A DNA stretch of 64,000 bases from positions 30,147 through 94,146 of the forward strand of contig JAJFGP010000062.1 in NCBI GenBank assembly GCA_021776055.1, written 5' to 3'. Shown piece by piece: positions 55,778 to 64,000 of this stretch. The notes beneath the pieces were generated by a model. That model did not search any database. It worked only from the letters and a program-made list of their open reading frames with translations, and was not told the origin of the DNA. Position 1 is the first letter of the stretch. Each line of letters starts with the position of its first letter. The stretch is from Kiloniellaceae bacterium (GTDB lineage: Bacteria > Pseudomonadota > Alphaproteobacteria > Kiloniellales > J153). Position numbers and translations under genes: made by a program.

Positions 55778-57025
55778 ATGTCCGAGAAACGCAACCTGTC
55801 GATTGACGGGCCGCGCCTGTGGGACAGCCTCATGGAGATGGCCAAGATCGGCGCCACCAAGAAGGGGGGCTGCTGCCGCTTGGCGCTGACCGATCTCGAC
55901 AGGCAGAGCCGCGATCTGTTCTCCAAATGGTGCGAGGCCGCCGGCTGTACCCTCAAGGTGGATAAGATGGGCAACATCTTTGCTCGCCGGGCCGGGCGCA
56001 ACGACGACCTGGCGCCGGTGATTACCGGCAGCCATCTGGATACACAGCCGACCGGCGGCCGTTTCGACGGCGTCTTTGGCGTTCTTGCCGGTCTTGAGGC
56101 CGTGCGTACCCTCAATGATCTGGGATACGAGACCGAGCGGCCCATCGAAGTGGCGGTGTGGACCAACGAGGAAGGTTCGCGCTTCGCTCCGGCCATGGTC
56201 GCGTCCGGCGTCTTCGGCGGTGTTTTCTCCCTCGATTACGGCCTCAACCGCGCCGACGAAGATGGCAAGACCATGGGCGAGGAGTTGCAGCGCATCGGCT
56301 ATGCCGGGCCGGAGGAGGTGGGCGGCCGCGATGTGCACGCCTATTTCGAAGCGCACATCGAGCAGGGCCCGATCCTGGAAGCCGAGGATAAAACCATCGG
56401 CATCGTCACCGATGCGCAGGGGCAACGCTGGTACGAGCTGACCTTGACCGGAGTCGAATCCCACGCCGGCCCAACGCCCATGAATCGGCGCAAGGATGCT
56501 CTGCTGGGTGCCGCGCGGGTGGTCGATCTGGTGAACAAGGTCGGTCTCGACAACGCGCCGTCGGGCTGCGCCACCGTGGGCATGATGAAAGTGCATCCCA
56601 ACTCGCGCAACGTCATCCCGGGACAGGTGTTTCTCACCATCGACTTCCGCCATCCGGATGACGCGGTGCTGGCCGGCATGGACAAGGCCATGCGCGCCGG
56701 GGTCGAGCAGATTGCCAAGAAAATCGGCTTGCAAGTTGAGATGGAACAGATTTTCTACTACGCCCCGATTCATTTCGACGAGAGTTGCGTGTCCGCCGTG
56801 CGCGAGGCGGCAAAGGATTGCGGCTATTCCATGCGCGAGATTGTCTCCGGCGCCGGGCACGACGCGTGCTACGTGGCCAACGTCGCGCCAACCTCGATGA
56901 TCTTCGTTCCCTGCATCGATGGCATCAGCCATAACGAGATCGAGGATGCCAAGCCGGAGTGGATCACCGCGGGGGGAAACGTCTTGTTACGGGCGTTGCT
57001 GGAGAAGGCCGGACATGTGGCCTGA
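55778..57025 (+). CDS. M20-family Zn-dependent carbamoyl-amidohydrolase (allantoate amidohydrolase/AmaB type)
   Basis: VITGSHLDTQPTGGRFDGVFGV, WTNEEGSRF, GAGHDA. Confidence 0.85.
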   Translation: MSEKRNLSIDGPRLWDSLMEMAKIGATKKGGCCRLALTDLDRQSRDLFSKWCEAAGCTLKVDKMGNIFARRAGRNDDLAPVITGSHLDTQPTGGRFDGVFGVLAGLEAVRTLNDLGYETERPIEVAVWTNEEGSRFAPAMVASGVFGGVFSLDYGLNRADEDGKTMGEELQRIGYAGPEEVGGRDVHAYFEAHIEQGPILEAEDKTIGIVTDAQGQRWYELTLTGVESHAGPTPMNRRKDALLGAARVVDLVNKVGLDNAPSGCATVGMMKVHPNSRNVIPGQVFLTIDFRHPDDAVLAGMDKAMRAGVEQIAKKIGLQVEMEQIFYYAPIHFDESCVSAVREAAKDCGYSMREIVSGAGHDACYVANVAPTSMIFVPCIDGISHNEIEDAKPEWITAGGNVLLRALLEKAGHVA

Positions 57026-57040
57026 GCACAGGGTAGGGCA

Positions 57041-57880
57041 GTGACCGCGGTGCCGGTTCCCCCGGTCTCCCTGGCAACGCCGGCACCGGCGCCTGAATCG
57101 CGGCGCCGGGTTGTCGATACGCGTGGCTTGTCGCTTACCTTTCAGACAGCCGATGGCCCGGTCTATGCGTTATCCGATGTGGATATTGCCATCGAGCAGG
57201 GCGAGTTCGTCTCTTTCATCGGGCCCTCCGGCTGCGGCAAGACGACGCTGCTGCGCGTGATCGCTGATCTGGAACAGCCGACCGGCGGTGATATCCAGGT
57301 CAATGGCGTCTCCCCACGCGAGGCGCGCCTGGGCCGCGCTTATGGCTACGTATTTCAGGCTGCCGGCCTTTACCCTTGGCGGACCATCGAGCGCAATGTC
57401 GCCTTGCCGCTGGAGATCATGGGGGTGCCCGCGACGGAACGGCGGGAGCGCGTCCGTCAGCACCTGGATCTTGTGGGCTTGGGTGGTTTCGAGAAAAAAT
57501 TTCCCTGGCAACTTTCCGGCGGCATGCAACAGCGCGCCTCCATCGCCCGCGCGCTGTGCTTCGACCCGGAATTGCTGCTGATGGATGAACCGTTCGGGGC
57601 GCTGGACGAGATCGTCCGCGACCACCTGAACGAACAGCTTCTGCGTCTGTGGGACAAGACCGGCAAGACCGTGGTCTTCGTCACCCATTCGATCCCGGAG
57701 GCGGTGTTCCTGTCCACCAAGATTGTGGTCATGTCGCCGCGCCCCGGCAAGATCATCGACGTGATCCCGACCGATTTCGATCGCGACCGCACCCTCGATA
57801 TCCGCGAGACACCGGGATTCCTTGAGGTGGCGCACCGCGTGCGTCAGGGCCTGCGCGCGGGGCATAGCTATGACGACTGA
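57041..57880 (+). CDS. ABC transporter ATP-binding protein (NitT/TauT type)
   Basis: GPSGCGKTT Walker A, LSGGMQQR signature, LLLMDEPFGALD Walker B. Confidence 0.9.
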   Translation: MTAVPVPPVSLATPAPAPESRRRVVDTRGLSLTFQTADGPVYALSDVDIAIEQGEFVSFIGPSGCGKTTLLRVIADLEQPTGGDIQVNGVSPREARLGRAYGYVFQAAGLYPWRTIERNVALPLEIMGVPATERRERVRQHLDLVGLGGFEKKFPWQLSGGMQQRASIARALCFDPELLLMDEPFGALDEIVRDHLNEQLLRLWDKTGKTVVFVTHSIPEAVFLSTKIVVMSPRPGKIIDVIPTDFDRDRTLDIRETPGFLEVAHRVRQGLRAGHSYDD

Positions 57881-58793
57881 GGCCTTGCCAGTCGTTGCCG
57901 TGCGCCGCCGCACATTCGGCCGTTTAATGGCGGGTCAAACCGGGCCGGTGCTGGTGGTAGTAACCGCGATCATTGTTCTTTGGTACGCCGGCGCGATTTG
58001 GCTCAACACACCCTGGCAGATCGATTTGTTCGAACGTGGGGGCGTGGAGTGGTCGAACGCCGATCTGGTCCGCGCCACCCTGGCCCAGGACCGGCCGCTG
58101 CTGCCGGCGCCGCACCAGATCGTGGCCGAGATGCGCAAGACCATTATCGATACGCCCATCACCTCCAAGCGCAGTTTGGTCTTCCATTCCTGGGTTACCC
58201 TGTCCTCAAGTGTGCTCGGGTTCGCCATCGGCGCCGTGCTTGGCATTTTGCTGGCTGTCGGCATCGTCCATGTGCGCTCGCTGGACAAGAGCCTGATGCC
58301 TTGGGTGATCTCGTCGCAGACCGTCCCCATCCTGGCTGTCGCGCCGATGGTCATCGTGGTGCTCGCCGCCATCGGGGTGCGGGGACTGGTGCCCAAGGCA
58401 ATCATCTCCACCTATCTCTGCTTCTTTCCGGTGACCATCGGCATGGTAAAGGGCTTGCGGTCGCCCGATCCGCTACAAATGGACCTGATGCGCACCTACA
58501 ACGCCAACCGCTGGCAGACATTCTGGAAGCTGCGCTGGCCGTCCTCGATGCCGTTCCTGTTTACCAGCTTGAAGGTGGCGGTCGCGATCAGCCTGGTGGG
58601 CGCGATTGTCGGCGAGTTGCCGACGGGTGCGTCGGCGGGATTGGGCGCGCGTCTGCTGGCGGGCTCGTATTACGGACAGACGATTCAGATTTGGTCGGCG
58701 CTGATCACCGCGGCCATCCTGGCGGCGCTGTTGGTGACGCTGGTCGCGGCGATCGAGCGCGTCACTCTGCGCCGCATGGGAATGGGCGTATGA
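57870..58793 (+). CDS. ABC transporter permease
   Basis: BPD-type permease. Start trimmed to ATG 57870, overlapping the ATPase stop. Confidence 0.85.
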   Translation: MTTEALPVVAVRRRTFGRLMAGQTGPVLVVVTAIIVLWYAGAIWLNTPWQIDLFERGGVEWSNADLVRATLAQDRPLLPAPHQIVAEMRKTIIDTPITSKRSLVFHSWVTLSSSVLGFAIGAVLGILLAVGIVHVRSLDKSLMPWVISSQTVPILAVAPMVIVVLAAIGVRGLVPKAIISTYLCFFPVTIGMVKGLRSPDPLQMDLMRTYNANRWQTFWKLRWPSSMPFLFTSLKVAVAISLVGAIVGELPTGASAGLGARLLAGSYYGQTIQIWSALITAAILAALLVTLVAAIERVTLRRMGMGV

Positions 58794-59926
58794 GTTCGCG
58801 TTTCGATCCATGGTGCGCGGTGGCCACGGTATTGGCGATCCTCGCTCTGGCATTCCCGGTGGCCGGTGGCGAAGCACCGCTGCTGTGGTGGGGCGCCCCC
58901 GCGGCGGCGGGTGGATTGGCGATCTTTCTGCTGACCGTGCTGCACTTTGCGTGGCGCCGGCCAACGGGGGCGGGTCACAATATTATTCTGCTGGCTGCCG
59001 TGGCCGTGGGCTGCGCGTCGGCGCTCGGTTTGGTGCACGGCGGTGGCGCCGGTGGCCACACTACGTTCGGTTTCTGGTTGTTTGTCTTTGGCCTGTGGGC
59101 GGCGACGTGGCGCGGCCTAGACGGGCTCGCCGGCGTGCGCAGCTTCGATGCGGGACGGCAACGGCTGATCGATCTATCCGTACCGGTCCTCTTCGGCCTG
59201 TGGCTCGTGTTCCTGTTGGAGGTGGGCACGGTTGGCTTCGGCGTGCCCCAGGTGCTATTGCCGGCGCCCAGCATGATCGGCGCCCGCTTGGCCGGGTCGC
59301 TGGACATATTGGCGGCCGATTTCCAACAGACCTTCCTGAAGGCCGTGCTCATCGGATATGCCATTGGTTGCGGTACCGGGTTCATGGTGGCGGTGCTGGT
59401 GGACCGTGTGCCGTTCCTGCAGCGCGGCCTGCTGCCCTTAGGCAACCTGGTCAGCGCCCTGCCCATCGTCGGCATGGCGCCGATCATGGTGATGTGGTTC
59501 GGCTTCGATTGGCCGTCCAAGGCGGCCGTGGTCGTGATCATGACCTTCTTTCCCATGTTGGTGAATACGGTGACCGGCCTGACCGCCGCTGGTGCCATGG
59601 AGCGGGAGTTGATGCGCTCCTACGCCGCCGGCTATTGGCAGACGCTGTTCAAGCTGCGCCTGCCGGCGGCGTTGCCCTTCGTCTTCAATGCACTCAAGAT
59701 CAACTCGACGCTGGCTTTGATCGGCGCCATTGTAGCCGAGTTCTTCGGCACACCGATCGTCGGCATGGGTTTCCGCATCTCCACCGAGGTGGGACGAATG
59801 AACGTGGATATGGTTTGGGCGGAGATCGTTATGGCCGCCATAGCCGGGTCCGCGTTTTATGGTGTGATGGCGCTCACCGAGCGCACATTCACGTTCTGGC
59901 ACCCTTCGTATCGCGAGAGACGCTGA
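58790..59926 (+). CDS. ABC transporter permease with extra N-terminal TM region
   Basis: ATG 58790 overlaps the upstream stop (ATGA). Only the C-terminal ~378 codons of track ORF 57980-59926 are the real gene. Confidence 0.8.
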   Translation: MSSRFDPWCAVATVLAILALAFPVAGGEAPLLWWGAPAAAGGLAIFLLTVLHFAWRRPTGAGHNIILLAAVAVGCASALGLVHGGGAGGHTTFGFWLFVFGLWAATWRGLDGLAGVRSFDAGRQRLIDLSVPVLFGLWLVFLLEVGTVGFGVPQVLLPAPSMIGARLAGSLDILAADFQQTFLKAVLIGYAIGCGTGFMVAVLVDRVPFLQRGLLPLGNLVSALPIVGMAPIMVMWFGFDWPSKAAVVVIMTFFPMLVNTVTGLTAAGAMERELMRSYAAGYWQTLFKLRLPAALPFVFNALKINSTLALIGAIVAEFFGTPIVGMGFRISTEVGRMNVDMVWAEIVMAAIAGSAFYGVMALTERTFTFWHPSYRERR

Positions 59927-59964
59927 GGCGCCGTTAAAAAGGGAAGCAAGCAAGGAGGACTCTT

Positions 59965-62474
<2,510 letters not shown>

Positions 62475-62503
62475 TTGCACTTAAAAGCAGCGCAGAGATT
62501 TTG

Positions 62504-62530
62504 GAGAGGGCATAGCCCTCTCTTTTTTTT
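62504..62530 (+). terminator. rho-independent terminator
   Basis: GAGAGGGC-ATA-GCCCTCTC followed by a T-run (62523-62530), 30 nt after the dihydropyrimidinase stop. Confidence 0.75.
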
Positions 62531-62707
62531 ACCAGTCTTGATGTGGCGCCCGCTATTGCGCGGGTTGCTGTTTGCTCTCTTATTCTGCACGCTATCGTAT
62601 GATATTTTGTTTCGTAGTCGTAAAAATTGTTCATGACGGATATCCGCCATCTTCAGTTATCCGGTATCTCCAATCTGTCATCGGGCTAACTACAGGTAGG
62701 CATAGAG

Positions 62708-63460
62708 ATGTTGGCCACAATTGCCGTGAAACAAGACGGAATGTTCTGCTCTAGTGGGGCGCCATTGACAAAACCTAGTCCGGATCGGCGGGCTGCGCGG
62801 ATTTTGATCGCTGACGATCATCCGTTGGTATCGGACGCCCTGGCCGAGTGCATACGGACAATTGATCCTGTCGCCGATGTGATTCAGGCGACTCTGTTCG
62901 AGGAGGCCATGGAGTTAGCCGCCAGGGAGCTTCCCGATCTAACTTTTTTAGACTACCGAATGCCCGGTATCCAGGGTCTGCAAGGCTTGCGTCTAATGCG
63001 TAGCCGATTTCCCGAAATGCGAATCGCTATGATCTCGGGTATCGCTGACGGGCCGCAAATCATGGAAGCGTTGCGGCTTGGTGCTTCCGGGTTCATTCCG
63101 AAGGATTTGTCGGTGCCAGCACTTATGAAGGCGCTGGAGTTGGTCCTTATAGGTGAGACGTTCGTACCATCGAAGGCGTTGCGGGGTACCGGCATGGCGG
63201 AGGAAAGCGTCCGCTTCGAGTCGACCGGCGCTGGGCGATCAAGCCCGAAGGCGAGTGGCTTGACGCGACGTGAGCTTGAGGTGTTGGTTTTGGTCGAAGA
63301 GGGTTTGCCGAACCGGCGGATCGCGGAAACGATCGGCACCAAGGAAATGACTGTCGCCTTTCATCTGAAGAACGCTTTCAAGAAGCTCGGCGTTGCAAAT
63401 AGGACCGAGGCGGCGGCGCAGGTTCGCAAACTGGGGCTTGGCAGCGATATATCGACCTAG
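62708..63460 (+). CDS. LuxR/NarL-family response regulator (REC + LuxR HTH)
   Basis: ILIADDHPLV...DLTFLDYRMPG...ISG receiver motifs. C-terminal LTRRELEVLVLVEEGLPNRRIAETIGTKEMTVAFHLKNAFKKLGV. The true start may be ATG 62741. Confidence 0.85.
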   Translation: MLATIAVKQDGMFCSSGAPLTKPSPDRRAARILIADDHPLVSDALAECIRTIDPVADVIQATLFEEAMELAARELPDLTFLDYRMPGIQGLQGLRLMRSRFPEMRIAMISGIADGPQIMEALRLGASGFIPKDLSVPALMKALELVLIGETFVPSKALRGTGMAEESVRFESTGAGRSSPKASGLTRRELEVLVLVEEGLPNRRIAETIGTKEMTVAFHLKNAFKKLGVANRTEAAAQVRKLGLGSDIST

Positions 63461-64000
63461 GTTGAATGGCCCGTCGCGCGCGACCTGACGGTGGTGCTCT
63501 AATGCGGCGCGTTCATTGAAATTGATAGCTATAAAATATAATAGGTTTCTACAATAAAAAACGATAGATCATACTACAAATTATAATAGTAACGAAGAAT
63601 CCAAAGTGTGAATACAGGCGGTATTCTACACAATTAATCATGCTTTAACGATAAATGACTATCACGTGCACCTCTGGCACCTGACTCCACCATTGATTGG
63701 TTGTCACAGACTGTGTGGCGCTGATCGGTAGTGAGGACAGGCAATCGTCTCGGCTTTGCCGTGAAACGGAGGGCACTGAACGGTGGACTCGGCGCTTACC
63801 CAGACCAACTCGGGGCATGAACCTGCCCGCAATGGATCGGGCCATTTTGAGCCTGACGCCCAGCCGTCTGTTCTGACCGACAGGCGAGTTGTCTCAATCG
63901 CGCGTGCGACAAGTGACGGCGCTGACGGGCGAACCACGCGTGGCCCTAGCACATTGGTTCAACGCAATATCGTGCTCGGCGCGCACCGTACGACAGTACG

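Noticed and set aside
57980-59926. 648-aa ORF spanning two permease genes.
   Set aside because: The first ~270 codons are an out-of-frame read through permease 1 (an Arg/Gly/Pro-rich translation). Only the part from ATG 58790, which overlaps the upstream stop as ATGA, gives a membrane-protein sequence.
63660-64000. Group II intron 5' end (GTGCGAC at 63903), RNase P RNA or cobalamin riboswitch.
   Set aside because: I could not find the diagnostic elements by eye: a domain V-like hairpin, GAGGAAAGUCC, or a B12 box. The region is reported only as an unexplained structured region.

Overview
This is a GC-rich chromosomal window whose gene content looks alphaproteobacterial; the taxon is not verifiable here. 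The left ~24 kb is accessory DNA. (i) A defence island spans 1 to ~14.4 kb and probably continues past the left edge. It holds a translationally coupled four-gene operon: a small protein, a zinc-hook Rad50/RloC-like ABC ATPase, an HD + Hsp90/sacsin-type GHKL ATPase, and a DUF3223/HNH-like protein. I cannot place this operon in any named defence system, and it is my best candidate for an undescribed system. The island also holds a decayed TIR-like pseudogene and a bacterial ubiquitin-like conjugation operon (Ubl, Cys-poor E2, JAB-E1 fusion, DUF6527, plus a Zn-ribbon-HEPN gene). That operon is divergently paired with an XRE/ImmA (CapH/CapP-like) regulator pair. The island ends with a repeat-containing orphan, an IS481-type fragment, a degenerate tRNA-Leu-like gene and a P4-type integrase. 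(ii) A ~9.5 kb, visibly less GC-rich catabolic module carries LysR, a cyclase, a TRAP transporter, an amidase and an OYE reductase. It is bracketed by 45-nt direct repeats that read as the 3' half of a tRNA. The remaining ~40 kb is mostly core metabolism. It contains cysG-DUF2849-cysI-DUF934-cysH-cysD-cysN, an Lrp regulator, and an inserted type IIG R-M gene with a nested partial specificity domain. It also contains GntR-TPP enzyme-frc-formyltransferase, UspA, TctCBA, PCuAC/SCO, and a PPC-domain pair. A RutR-controlled reductive pyrimidine-catabolism cluster follows (preTA, transaminase, two carbamoyl-amidohydrolases, ABC transporter, dihydropyrimidinase). The window ends with a LuxR-type response regulator and an AT-rich, then structured, non-coding tail. 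I saw no rRNA, CRISPR array or intact IS. All family assignments come from motif reading by eye; no searches were run.
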